Of a stretch of DNA of 64,000 nucleotides, positions 48,811 through 61,871 are shown piece after piece. Position 1 is the stretch's first letter; each line of letters starts with the position of its first letter. Source of the DNA: Eledone cirrhosa. Its lineage: Eukaryota. Under the pieces are notes generated by a model. That model did not search any database. It was not told the DNA's origin and saw only the letters and a list, made by a program, of their open reading frames with translations. Made by a program: the position numbers and the translations under genes. The stretch covers positions 222,146,001 through 222,210,000 of the forward strand of contig OZ024743.1 of assembly GCA_964016885.1 (NCBI GenBank), written 5' to 3'.

Positions 48811-50487
48811 TCACAGGTTATCTGAATATGTGGGAGGTTTATAATACAAATTGCTAAAAAATGTTTTCTCTGGAGTAAAAGATATTAAGGAAAGGAACAA
48901 CAGAAAGATGTAAAATAGATTTTCATTAAAGATATTTAAAACAGGAAATATGAAATAATAATGAAAATTATTGTGTACAGAGCTTAGGTGCACTGCATTT
49001 CATCAAAGGTGCATGTATAGTACATAGAATAATGTATAAATGTCAGGAAAGTGTACAATGTATAAGTCATGATATACACACAGACACATGCGTGTGTATG
49101 GAGGGGGAATATCAGGTGTTGTGTTGGCGAATTTTAGGAAGCATGGAAGTTTTGAAGGAGGCAGTGTCTCGACAGCTAACAACTGATGCAAGTAGTTTGT
49201 TCCATGCTTCAGCAACTCTGAGTGTGAAAAAATGTTTCTTAAAGTCATGGGAGCTGTACTGTTTTCTGGTTTTGTAGACATTCCATGAGGGAGCTGGGTT
49301 AATGACAACAAAGCTTTTATCAGTGTTGGTGGCTAGCCTTGCATAAGTATTATTTGATACTCATGAAGATACTTGGCTATTCCAGTGCCTTGTCTAATAA
49401 AATACTTAGATGAAAACACCGCCATTCCTCATTGTAGTAATTCAGTCTCCATATCTTGTTTTTTGTTTGTTTTTTCTCTTCTTCCTGATTCTTTTTTATT
49501 ATTTGTTCCTTTTGCAAATAATAAATGTTATATACCGTATTTCCCTGCATCGAAGACGCTACTCTTTTCTTAAAATAAGTCTCAAAAATCTACCATGCAT
49601 CCTGGAGGCCAAAGGTTGTTTATTATTTTTTTTCAAATTTTTGGTTGTCAAAATTAAGGTGTGTCCTTGAGGACAAAGTGTCTTCGGCACCGGGAAATAC
49701 GGTAGATTAATTGAAATAAGAGTTTATTATTTAAATAATTGTTTCTATTTTTGGCACAAGGCCAGCAATTATCCCAGTGTATTACTGGTACTTTATTTTA
49801 TTGATCCCTTAAGGATGAAAGGCAAAGTCAACCTCGGCAGTATTTGAACTCAGACCATAAAGGGCAGTAACTCTTTGCTGCAAAGCATGGTGTCAGACCC
49901 TCTACCGATACTGCCAATCCACCGCCCTTATTATTATTTAAATAATAATGATAATTGTTTTTACTTTAACCACAAGGCCAGCAATTTGAATGGGAAGGGA
50001 AAGTCGATTAAATCGACCCAGTGCATTACTAGTACTTTAATTTATCCACCCAGTAACGATGAAAAGCAAAACTAACCTTGGCAGGATTTGAACTCAGAAA
50101 GTAAAGCGACGTAACTCTATACTGAAAAGCATATAATGTGGAATAAATCAGTATTTTATATTGAGGTGTTGTGAAGTATCAAATGTTATTATGTGATATG
50201 AAGTGTTATTTTTTGTTATTAAATTATCATCTATGAAAATGAATACAAAAAAAAAAAAAAAGGATATATCTTGTCTTTCTTTTGAAGCCGCTGAATAATT
50301 TGATTGGATGGTATCATATGTAATGCTGACATCTTCTTGGTAGACATACAATGGTTCACTAATGGACATTGGCTGTACAGGTTAAACTTTACCTTCTCCA
50401 AATGCTGGTCAACAGTATCTTCATCCTGCAAATTGTAACACAGAATAAACAAATTCTTTTGATATTGGTAAAAGCAGTAATAATTTC

Positions 50488-50553
<66 letters not shown>

Positions 50554-50618
50554 ATCTATCTATCTCTATCACTCTCTCCCTATCACTCTCTCTCGCTCTC
50601 TCTCTCTCATATATATAT

Positions 50619-50649
<31 letters not shown>

Positions 50650-51835
50650 CCATTTTACGTCCATTCTTCCACGCTAGCATGGGTTAGACAGGTTGTCCTT
50701 TTGTGAGCAATGTTAGGTCAGCTGACCTTATTTTGCTCATACGGGAACTGATTTTGGCTTGATTTCTACAGCTGGATGCCCTTCCTAACACCAACCTCAT
50801 TTACAGTGAGTGGTGGGTGCTTTTTTTTCATGGCGCCTACACGTCCACTTTACAGTGTGGGCTGGGTGCTTTTTTGTTGTGGCACCTCCATGACCACTTT
50901 GCAGTGAGAGGGGATGAGGGCATATTGTCTATATGCTTATATATATATATATATATATATATATAAGTGAAAGGCAGATTGTATGATGCTTGTATACGAG
51001 CGGCGATATTACATGGTAGTGAGACTTGGCTGTTGTGTGCTGAAAACTTGTGTAGATTAGAAAGAAATGAAGCTTGCATGCTCCGATAGATGTGTAATAG
51101 TAATTTGCGTGAACAGCGAAGCATAAACAAATTGAGGGAGAGACTAAGCATAAGAGGTATCAACTGTTGTGTTCTGGAGAGGAGATTGCATTGCTATGGC
51201 CATGTGTTGCGTATGAAGGATGACAGCTGTATAAAAAAGTGCAGAGCAATGCAAATTGATGGAAGCTACGGAGTGGGTAGACCAAGAAAAACCTGGGACA
51301 AGATGATGAAAACTGACCTTGCTCAATTACACCTTTCTAAGACACGGTCACTGGATTGAGATCTTTGGCGCCATGCAGTTGTACAGAAGACCCACCTTCC
51401 CTTGCATACAAACCTACAGTCAGTAGGCACCTCTTAACCCAATATACACCTCAACTCACTACCCCTACTCCATCCTCCCACTCCCACCAATACCACCCTT
51501 TCTCTGTAAAGTTATGTTGGTACCACTACATTCAGCCCAAACTAAAGAGGTTGTGTAGGTGTCACATCAAAAAAGCACCCAGTCCACACTGTAAAGTGGT
51601 TGTGTAGGAGACATGGTAAAACGGCTCCCAGTTCATACTGTAAATGTGGTTGGTGTTAGGAAGGGCATCCAGCCATAGAAAACCTGCCAGATACAGTCCT
51701 ATACGAGCGAGACACGGTCACCCGATCAATCTTGCCTCAAGTGGGACAATTCTCGTCTAACCCATGCTAACATGGAAGATGGACGTTAAACAATGATGAT
51801 GGTGATGATGATGATGATATATAAGCCTGACCTTC

Positions 51836-51873
<38 letters not shown>

Positions 51874-53874
51874 CAACAACAGAAGGCCAGGCTGGAAAAA
51901 TGTACTTTAAAATGTTTATTCTGTGAAATTACTATACATATTTCGGTGATCCGGCTCCATCATCCAAATATGATGCAAGACAGGACGATCTAATCAGGCA
52001 ACTTCGACAGAATTACATAACAGGATTACATAGAATCCAAACATATCATGGAAGATAGGGAAAAGGGAATAGGAAATTGAAAAATGAAAATTAATAGAGA
52101 GAAGAACCAAATTATACTTAAAACATATCTTTATTCTACAAATGTTTCAATATAGAACAGTGGGCCATACCACTATACAAGCTATTTGTTCATCACTCTA
52201 CATATCTTCAGGAGTTTAGATATTGTTTGAAGAGTCAACTGTATTACATAAGATAACTCCATGCAACAGATGAGGTTCATACCACACCAATTAATACATT
52301 GCAAATCACATGCGCAATCAAAGGCATAAAGCAAAGTATATTAAAATCAGTCTATCAAAATGTTGCAATTTAATATATACACACACATATATATATATCA
52401 TCATCATTTAACGTCTATTCTCCATGCTAGCAAGGGTTTTGACACATCTTTACAAACAAAGTCAGTACTCAAACAGGCCTACTAACCTCTCAGATGGGGC
52501 AGAGGCCTACATCTTTCTTAAATACATTCCTGTGCTCTAAGTGCATTTTACCGTGGTGCCAACGCTAGAGATATTGCCATGTCTTTGACACAGCTGAAAA
52601 CTCCTCCCAAGTTTTCTACAGCTGGATGCCTTTCCTAACACCAACACTTTACAGAATGTATTGGGAGTGTTTATCGTGTAGATCACCAACACTAGAGAGG
52701 TTGTTATGATCTTTCATAACTGAATGAATTACTAATTTGAAGGAGACATGAACACATTTAGTACTTAAAATCCTTGTTTAAGTTATAAGATATTTAGCAT
52801 TGCATCCATCACAGTGGACACATATGTCATTTTGGGTCTCTGAACCACCTCCCTACTTATTGAAATCAGGGTGAAGATTTGCAAGAACAAGCCCAGTAAG
52901 TTAGGCTGGTTCTTATAGCACATATCCTTCGCTGTCCTCTGGGGTAACACATTCACAATTCTGTCCAATGGGACTATGATGTTATATCTATCTGATGTTT
53001 CACAAAGGGCATGGGAGGATATAATATAGTGATTTGTGTCAATGTACAGCAAATTTTTTCATCATTTGAATTTTAACATTTCCAGGACCGATCTTCTGTA
53101 TAAGTAAGAAGTTATTAACAAAATTTCCCAGATATTTACAAACATATACACAGCAAACAACTAACACCACCACTGTTTGCTTTCAAACCATTTACACTTG
53201 TGTTTGCTTTATGTATACAGTCTTTGTCACCTGAAAATAAAATATTTCTATTATGCTCTGACTGAATATTCTTCCAATTACAACTAGCTCATGTTGACAT
53301 TTCAGAATAAATCAGTTATAAATCAATATAATGGACCTTCACTGGGTCAAACAACAAGGGTTCCAGTTGTTCAGTCAATGAGACAGCCTGCTCATGAAAT
53401 TAACATACAGCTGGCTGAGCAGCCCACAGAAATGGGCAATCTCTCAGGGAGATTCAGTATAACACAAGGCACATGTGTGTGTTTGACCTCAGTTGATTTC
53501 GATAACAAATGTTACAGTTGTTCAACCTATAGAGCAGCTTGATCTTAAAATTAACAAGTAGATGGCTGAGTATTCCATAAATACAGGCACCTTTAACATA
53601 ATTCTCAGGGAGATTCAACATGACAGTGTGTTAGAAAGCTAGCCCATCGAATTGCAGGTACAGTCCATCATGTATTATAGTGTAAGTGGCTGAGCATTTC
53701 ACAGACACATGTACTCTTAACATAATTCTCATGGAGATTCATGATGATATTGATGATGGTAGTTGTTGGTGGTGGTGGTGCTGCTGCTGCTGCTGCTACT
53801 GCTGCTGATGATGATGATGATGATTATGATGATGATGATTATGATGATGGTGATGATGTTGGTGGTGCTGCTGT

Positions 53875-53905
<31 letters not shown>

Positions 53906-56900
53906 GTCTTTGGTAAATTCTGTTCAAGTACCACTACTTTCTCCTTCTATAAGTTGACATGTAAATGTGAAAAGACTGTTAAAGCTCAGAGGGGTAAAAA
54001 AGCCTTCTGAAGGATAACAACTGATCTGTATTGGGGCAACGGAAATAATTGAGTTGGACAACAGGTTAGAGTTACAGACTTTAGGGTGAATAAAATGGTA
54101 AATGTTACTACAACTACTACTACTACTACTACTATGACGACAACGACAACGCCGGCTGGTGTGGGGCACAGAAAGTGGTGACTTGAAGAAGAAGAAGAAG
54201 AAGAAGAAGCAACAACATATTGGGGGGGGGGGGAATGATAGAATAAAAGATAAAACTTAGAATATAGGCTGGAAGTAATTGGTTGTGAGCAGGGCTAATG
54301 AGTCTGACAGGCGGAAAGAAGCAGAGGAAAGCAGGCTGCACAGAAATAATGATTTAGAAGAATCTAAGGACAGTCAACTAATGAGAATTTTATTTATTTA
54401 TTTTTTTTTTTGGCTCTTGGCAAGATTCAGGGGAAAAGTATTTTTAAAATACAGACCATAAAAAAGAAATGGAAAGAAGAAAAACAAAACAAAAAGAGCA
54501 TATAAGATTGAAGTGTCTAGACATGGAATATCATTAGTTATAGAAGTGGTGCATAGAAACCCTCACAACAATAACAACAATAGTATGAAACAATTGAAAG
54601 GTCAAGATATGAAATCTTCATTATATTATAACAGACAAGACAAGAGTTGATATTGGAAAAAGGAGGAAATGATTAAGTCAGACCAGGGAGAAGTTAGACT
54701 TCATAGAATAAAATTACACTGACAGATGTCCGATGTGATGTATCAAAGATATGGATAATCTATGTTAGCTGCGTCATTTTCCTCATCATCATTTAACATA
54801 ACCTATTTTTTCTATTTTTTCTAGGCTGGCCTCAGTTGGATGGGTTGTCACAGACCAAGTCCGTATTTAATCAAAGCTACTAACCTCCCAGTTGGCCAGG
54901 GGCCATGCCTCATTTACACATATTCCATTTTTGGCATGGTTTCTACAAGTGGATGCTCTTTCTGATGCCAACCACTTCACTGAGTCCACTGCATGTATTT
55001 TATCATGGCACTAGAACTAGAGAGGTTGACATATCTTTGACAGAACTGAAGAGTCCTTCCAAGACTTAGTTTTGAATGATTTAATCTAATGTTCTGATAA
55101 TTCTGCCAATTCACCTATGTTATTTATTTAAAAAATAACAACTTCGATAAGTATTTAGAGCTCTTAGATTAGTACTTTATTTATCAACCACAAAAGAATG
55201 AAAGGAAAAGTTGATCCCAGCAGGATTTGAACTCAGAATGCAGAGATCCAGACAAATACTAAGGTATTTAATCCAATGCTCTTCACCACATTTCTGAATC
55301 AGAATATAAAATAGAAACAGTGACTAAGAGATAGATGCTAGTTTTACCTCAGTTGGTTCCTTTGGTTCCTTTGGTTCTTTTGGTTCCTTTGGTTCCTTTG
55401 GTTCTTTTGGTTCCTTTGGTTCCTTTGGTTCTTTTGGTTCCTTTGGTTCCTTTGGTTTTGGTATCTCTTTTGGTACCATAGACATCTTCATAAGCTCTTT
55501 CAATGGAGGCATCTTACTTAAGCTTTTACTCTCCCCATGTTTCTGTTGATCTTCATAATCCTGAAGAGTCAAGTCAACTTTAACTAATGAAATAAAAAAT
55601 ACATTAACACTTAAACTGTAAGGATTTAGCAGAAAATATCTAAAAACAACTTTGTTAATTCAAATGTTTATAGTATCTTTATTATTGTACAGATTGTTGT
55701 GAAAATTTGCAGTATTTAATTGACCTATGAAAGCCGAAAGGCAAAGTTACTCCATCTTTGCCTCCAACTATAACCAGAGCCACTTTCCACAACAGAGTCC
55801 ACCCCCACCTATGCCAAATCATGTATTGACTTATTAGTGTGATGCAGTCATAAGGTTGTTTTATACTTTCAAATAATGTTTCGCATGTGTGATTTCCTGT
55901 AATCAAGATGTCAAATGGGATAGATGGGTTTAAGATTATTGTTATGGAGGCTGACTGTAGGTAAAGTGGTAATTGTCCTGGTAGTTTATAACTTAGGTGA
56001 AGTGGTAGATGTGATGATTAACAAGCTAACTAATATAGTAAGTGTGTACTTATGTGGGTAGTAGTATGCTTCAAATGATGGCTTAACACTTTTGATACCA
56101 AACCACATTAAATCACCCTTAATTCTATAATATAAAACTGCTTATTCTAAAATATTTACAATTATCTAAAAACCTTCCATTTATTACACTTTAGGAAGGT
56201 CTTGCTGCAAATAAAACACACATTTCACTTCAATTTATCATCATAATTTCCTGGTCAGTTAGTTTGATAACCAGATGGTTGTTTATTTGTTGATTGTCAA
56301 AGCTCTTTCGTCACGCATTTCTGTGACCTCAGTGGCTACTTTTGTTGTTACTTTATGTCTCTTCTTCTGTTCTGTTTTCTACCTTCTATTATAATTTTAT
56401 GTAAGAACTTTTGTTAAGCTATGTTTCAAACACCAACTTAATAATGAGAAAGTTAAATCCCTCCAAATTCTTTATTATTTTCAAGACAATTTGAAAATCA
56501 TAGGCATTGTTAGCCATTAGAAATATGGTAATAAAAGGGTGTTAGTTTCCAGATTAAAATGAATGTTTTGTTTTTTTATATAGGTAAGTTTGTGTCTTAT
56601 GCCTAGTTTAAGTATCTACATACCAGAGGACTAAAAAAAAACATGACTGGTGAAGGAATAACGATGTGGATCAATTACATTCAACAGAGTGAATTCCACT
56701 AATGACACTCAAGGACCAAGTGTGATGTTTAACTGGGTATTTTGTTAGCCCAGTGGTTAGGGTCAGGGTTCAGGTAGCAGCTAATTTTGACTGGTGTGAT
56801 TCTTTGGGTGGATGATAGGGTGACTGTTTTTGTTGTTTAGGCCAAGGTCAGCACTGACTGAGCAGACTTACAATTAAAGATATCCAGCCATGACCATCCA

Positions 56901-58438
56901 GTCTTCTTTTTTTTTCTCGGTACAGTGTATAAGGACTAATTCAATGAACCTTTACTTATATTTTTATTATGCATAGAGGCTCATTTGTTAGCGTGTACAT
57001 AGAATGGTTGTTGTTATGTAGCCAAGGTCAACCAGGGATCCTTTAAGGCTCAGTAATGTCCCTCTCTGAGGTCTGCACTCTAGCTGGCTGCCTAGTTGGC
57101 CTTAATGGTAGCACCAGTATGATTAGAACTTGAGTAAGGCAAAATAGAACATTTTGTTACCGGGTGTGTTAGACAAAATAGCTTGAGTCAGCATCTGAGC
57201 AACAGTTTCTTTTTTTTGTCCAATCAGATCAGCCATATTCACTCGTTCTTTATTACCAGCTCCTGACTGGGGTGTGGTTCCTGTAAATACATTTATGGGG
57301 AAATAAAGCTCAATATAAAAGAATCTGTTTACATTGAGAATGGCAAACAGTTACTAACTTTTAACATACTGTAATGATTTAGCAGAAAATATCTAAACAT
57401 GGATCTATTAATTCAAATGTGAATAGTATCTTCACTAGTGGACAAATAGTGAAATTTTGTAATAGTAGAGTAAATACTTTAATTTTCAATGTGATGCAAT
57501 TATAGAGTTGTTTTATACTTTTCAAGAGTGTCTTGCTAATGTAGTTTCATATAGTACAAGACATAAATAGTTAAATATTGCATGTTCAGAGATACTGAAA
57601 AGGTCCGTAATAGAAGTAGTTGATAACCACAGGAGCAAATAATAATAGGGCTGGTTTATCATCATCATCATCCAGTTTGTGATTATGCAGGACACAATTA
57701 ATCCCTAAGTAGGCATGGGCCCTGCCTGACAGCACTCCTTAGCATCCTACTCCATGTGTTTCTGTCCGCCGGTTTCACTTGGGCCAAGCCAAGCCTAGTT
57801 TGATCCTGATGGACATCCTCCATCCAAGTCTGCTTTGGTCTTCCTGGGCCTCTACTGCCTCCTGGATCGACATCCATCACTTTGCTGATCTAGCCCTCAC
57901 TGTACTCAACATGGCTGTACCAGTGTAAACACATCCTCGAGGTCGTCAATCAAGCCTAGAATTACAAATTCAAAACATGAAATCTACAACAGCCTAGAAC
58001 ACAACACCCAGGGGCTAACACATTCAGACTCTTTATCACACTTCATACCACTTCAACAATAGATATAACCATAGCTTAGATCAGAACACAGCTTAGAATA
58101 CATACCATGTGATCCATTCACTACTTCTAGCATTGAAAAAAACCCACACCACTTTCAGATAAAAAAATGCCAACATCACAAGAAACCCTTAGTTTCTCCA
58201 ATTTTTTTGATGAAGGAATTTTATCCCCAAATATTAAGGACTATTAAATATATCCGAGGTAATATTCCAACAATTTTTCATGTCCTATTTACATTGTTGT
58301 AACCTACTAAAAAGTTTTCTATTTTTCTATACTACACAATGCGTCAAGCAAACTACAACACTCTTTAATGTGGTTTCATTGAGAATATAGCCATAAAATG
58401 GTTAAACGTAACTGACCAGAGGGGCTATTCAGCAACAA

Positions 58439-58469
<31 letters not shown>

Positions 58470-60559
58470 CTTCTTCTTCTTCTTCTTCTTCTTCTTCTTC
58501 TTCTTCTTCTTCTTCTTCTTCTTCTTCTTCTTCTTCTTCTTCTTCTTCACCCACTTATTCCTGAGAGGGCCATGTGGGCAGAGTCTCTTATCTCCAAGTT
58601 ATGCACTCTATTGAATAACGTTACTCCAGAGACCCTTCAGAGGAACCCCATTTCAGCTGTTTGTATTCATAATCATATTCTTTCAGTCATTACCTAAGAT
58701 TCATGACCATAGGTAAGGGTTGGTACTAATACCAAATTGAAGATAGTGAGTTTGGCTTTTACAACTACCTCCCTTCTGATTACCTAATGCTGAAGCTGGT
58801 GCATTACTGCACCAACTCCTGCAATTCTTGCACTTAATTCAGCCTCCTGCCTTCCATTATTCATGAACACAGCCACAAGATACTTGAACTTCTCCACCTG
58901 CTTCAGTGGAACTCCATTTACATGTAGATTGCATTGTGCAGGCTTCCTTAACAGGAAAAGCATCTCAGTTTTCACAGCATTTGGCTGTCTCCATTTCCTG
59001 CTGTAAAAACTGGCATTGGGCCTGCAACCTGCCCTGGGAGGCATGGGATGGATACACAAAGAGTAAATATCCTGAGACCCTAAAGAGGAACTAAGTTGTT
59101 TATTTTAAATTATCTATAATTCTAAAAACCTTCCATCAGAATTTTATGTAAGAAATTTTGTTAAGTTATGCCCCAAACACTAGCTTAATATTGGTTTCTA
59201 ATTTAGGCACAAGGCCAGCAATATGGTTGGCAGGGAAAAGTTGATTATAATGACTCAAGCACTTGATTGGTATTTAATTTTAACAACCCACTGATAGATG
59301 AAAAGCAAAGTTGGCTTTGATGGTTTTTAACTCAGAATATAAAGAACCTGAAGAAATACTTCAAAGTTTTGCTTTTGACAGTCTAAAAATTCTGCCAAGC
59401 CGCACCAACTTAATAATGAGAAAGTTAGTTATTTTACTAAATCCCTCCAAATCCTTCATCATTTTCAAAATTATTTGAAAATTGTAGATGGGGTCTTTCT
59501 TTCGAAATAGTGTAATAAAATGCTTAAACGAATACCTACCTGTGGTCCATTTAGTGATGTGATAAAATATATAGTATTTAAAGTTGTCATCAAGATACTG
59601 TTGATATATCCGCAGTCCATCAAAAAAGGTTAAATAGGTGGCTTGAGAGAGGGCATTGGGAAGTTCCTGTAATATATATATATTAAGGAATAAAAACTAA
59701 ATCAGAAACAAAGTTTACATGAATGTATGATGCTTATGTTTGTTACTTGTTGGGGTTTCACAACACTAATTCTATAAAGAATAGTTTTACCTGCTTCTTT
59801 GGTTAATTTTTTAAAATTTGTTTTTCAACCTTTTAGCATTTACATTTCTCTATATTCTCTATTATATTTTCACAGTAAAAGTTTTATCTCACATAATATC
59901 AAATCCATGAGATTTTGATATTATTTATTTTGAGAACAATACCTTAACATCAGTATAAGCATCCAGTTACAGCTGATTTGAACAGAAAGAGGTGAGAGAA
60001 TTCTGGCCGGATACAACCAGTTTAAGTGCTAAAGGTTTAAATTCATTTTACTTCAGTGTTCTTGTTTTGAGAAGAAACTTTAGTCAAGTTAAGACTTCAA
60101 GCAACATATTTGAAGACATTTTTTTTTATAAACTCTATAATCAAAATGTGAGGGTGCATCATTGAAAAGTAAGGAGACAGTTCTATCCAATGTCCTCCTT
60201 TGGTGATGGGTCTACTTCAAGTCAGTTGTGTCACAGCAACTAGACCAGCGAATGATTAAACTACAAAGAAGAACCTATACAAAAATATTAATGATTTCTT
60301 AGGATATCGTCACCATCATCATCATTACTGTTTAATGGTGGTGGTGGTGGCAGCGGCAGCGGCAGTGGTGGTGGTGTTGGTGGTGGTAGTAGTAATAGTA
60401 GTTATGGTGGTGGTGGTGGTGGTGGTAGCAGTAATAGTAACAGCAACAACTTACATCTAGAACAGCATCAGTATAACCACTTGGAATGGACATTAGTAGT
60501 GCAATATATTTCTCTGACATACGTGTGAACAACAATTCTTTGTTTCTAACTTTGTGAGG
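48811..60559 (-). CDS. FAM227: FAM227-family (FWWh domain) gene, 3' partial: join(60559-60455,59666-59540,57280-57161,55583-55348,50425-50268,48874-48811)
   Basis: LFTRMSEKYIALLMSIP..DAVLDELPNALSQATYLTF...FK...WTTG, KVKFNLYSQCPLV and PPTYSD match FAM227A/B conserved blocks as I recall them. Splice phases are compatible (0,1,1,0,2). The upstream exons carrying the FWW motif were not found in the window. A versus B cannot be assigned. Confidence 0.8.
48875..50267 (-). other. U12-type (minor spliceosome) AT-AC intron
   Basis: 5' splice site |ATATCCTTT; branch site TTCCTTAAT (48892-48884) followed by 9 nt ending in AC|; joining keeps the frame (KDKI-PEKTF). Confidence 0.85.
49535..49702. mobile_element. 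Tc1/mariner-superfamily (Tc2/pogo-like) MITE
   Basis: ta|ccgtatttccc ... gggaaatacgg|ta. Confidence 0.75.
50964..51817 (+). mobile_element. 5'-truncated RTE LINE
   Basis: LHGSETW...RRLHCYGHV...GRPRKTW, plus 3' UTR and (GAT)n. Confidence 0.9.
52133..52215 (-). ncRNA. Type I hammerhead ribozyme with a long stem II insertion
   Basis: rc: actc-CTGAAGA-T ATGTAGAG...TTCTATAT T-GAAA-cattt-GTA-gaat; stem I is weak (one mismatch). Confidence 0.6.
53380..53740. repeat. Degenerate tandem repeat (gctgagcattccacaga...taacataattctcagggagattca)
   Basis: Three copies visible at ~53412, ~53565 and ~53690. Confidence 0.6.
55357..55455 (-). repeat. Coding 9-bp repeat, (PKE)x11, in a FAM227 exon
   Basis: CCAAAGGAA / CCAAAAGAA units. 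Confidence 0.9.
57658..57935 (-). mobile_element. RTE LINE 3' fragment
   Basis: GSRGPGRPKQTW...DRNTW, (GAT)n tail. Confidence 0.75.
58440..58548. repeat. (TTC)n microsatellite, tail of an RTE fragment
   Basis: Directly visible; adjacent to an RTE fragment containing KFKYL at 58784-59059. Confidence 0.9.
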
Positions 60560-61153
60560 CTGTTAATGGAGAAAGAAAGAAGTCAAGAAACTATCACTAA
60601 TTATTATTATATATTATAAAATAATTACCAATTAACTATGGTTGGTTGCCATCAACATCTCTGGTGCCATCTTTGGTCTCCGAATTCACAGCATATCATC
60701 ATCATTACCATTTAACATCCATTTTTCCATGCTAGCATGGTTTAAACAAGTTGTCCAATTGTGAGACAAGCCAGATCAGATGACAGTGTCTTGCTCATAC
60801 AGAACTGTTTCTTGCTTGGTTTCTATGGCTGGATGCCCTTCCTAACACAAACTATATTTATAGTATTATATATGTATAAATATATGTATTTATGCAAGCA
60901 GGGAAAAGCGGACGTAAAATGATGATGATGATGATGATGATGATATATATCGCTTGCTTTGCAGCAAAGAATTACGACCCTTTATGATCTAAGTTCAAAT
61001 TCCGCCGAGGTTAACTTTGCCTTTCATCCTTACAGGGTCGATAAAATAAAGTACCAGTAATACACTGGAATAATTGCTGGCCTTGTGCCAAAAGTAGAAA
61101 CAATTATATAACCTCCATGAATAAACACCCTAACTATCTGCATATATATATAC

Positions 61154-61210
<57 letters not shown>

Positions 61211-61871
61211 AATTAAGCTCAAGGAAACCAATCACATGTAAGTGCTTACCATATCTGCAGGCTTGCTGTCAGATTGTGAAACCATTGCTAGCCTATGTGT
61301 TATTGTGTGTATGATAGTTAAATATTAGTTTTATAACAGGACACAGAGTTATTGATAATTAAGCTACATACACACACCCACACATACACACATGCATTTT
61401 TATATATATATATATCAAACAACCATTGCAGTTTCACAGAGTTTGTTAGCTCTTGAAACCATTGGTTGCAGATGGATATTGTGTGTACCAATCATAATAA
61501 ATACACACACACCTGCATATATATATATAGCTTTCGAAACAGCTTGAGCTCTACTGTCCGGGGTCCTGAACCTTTTCCTATATATCTATCTACATATATA
61601 TATATATACTATATATATATATATATATGTGTATATGTATATGTATATATGTCTCCTTGAACTATATATATCTAGAAAAAATGACCCGCTACATCAAATA
61701 ATAATTATTCTTATAATTAACCTTAATTTCCGTAGCTGAGAAAATGCTCCATTGTTGTTAAAATCTGGGTATTTTGTACATAGTCTGCCAATATACAAAC
61801 ATGTAATATTGAATATTTTATATACGTGTGTGTGTGCACGCATAAGTATATAATGATGATATATATATATA

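Noticed and set aside
53741-54010. Asp/Ala/Gly-rich or poly-Met ORFs
   Set aside because: (GAT)n, (GCT)n and (GGT)n trinucleotide microsatellites in an intron.
61235-61277. Possible small FAM227 exon with a gtaagc donor
   Set aside because: The translation does not resemble the FWW-containing block expected immediately upstream; unsupported without transcripts.
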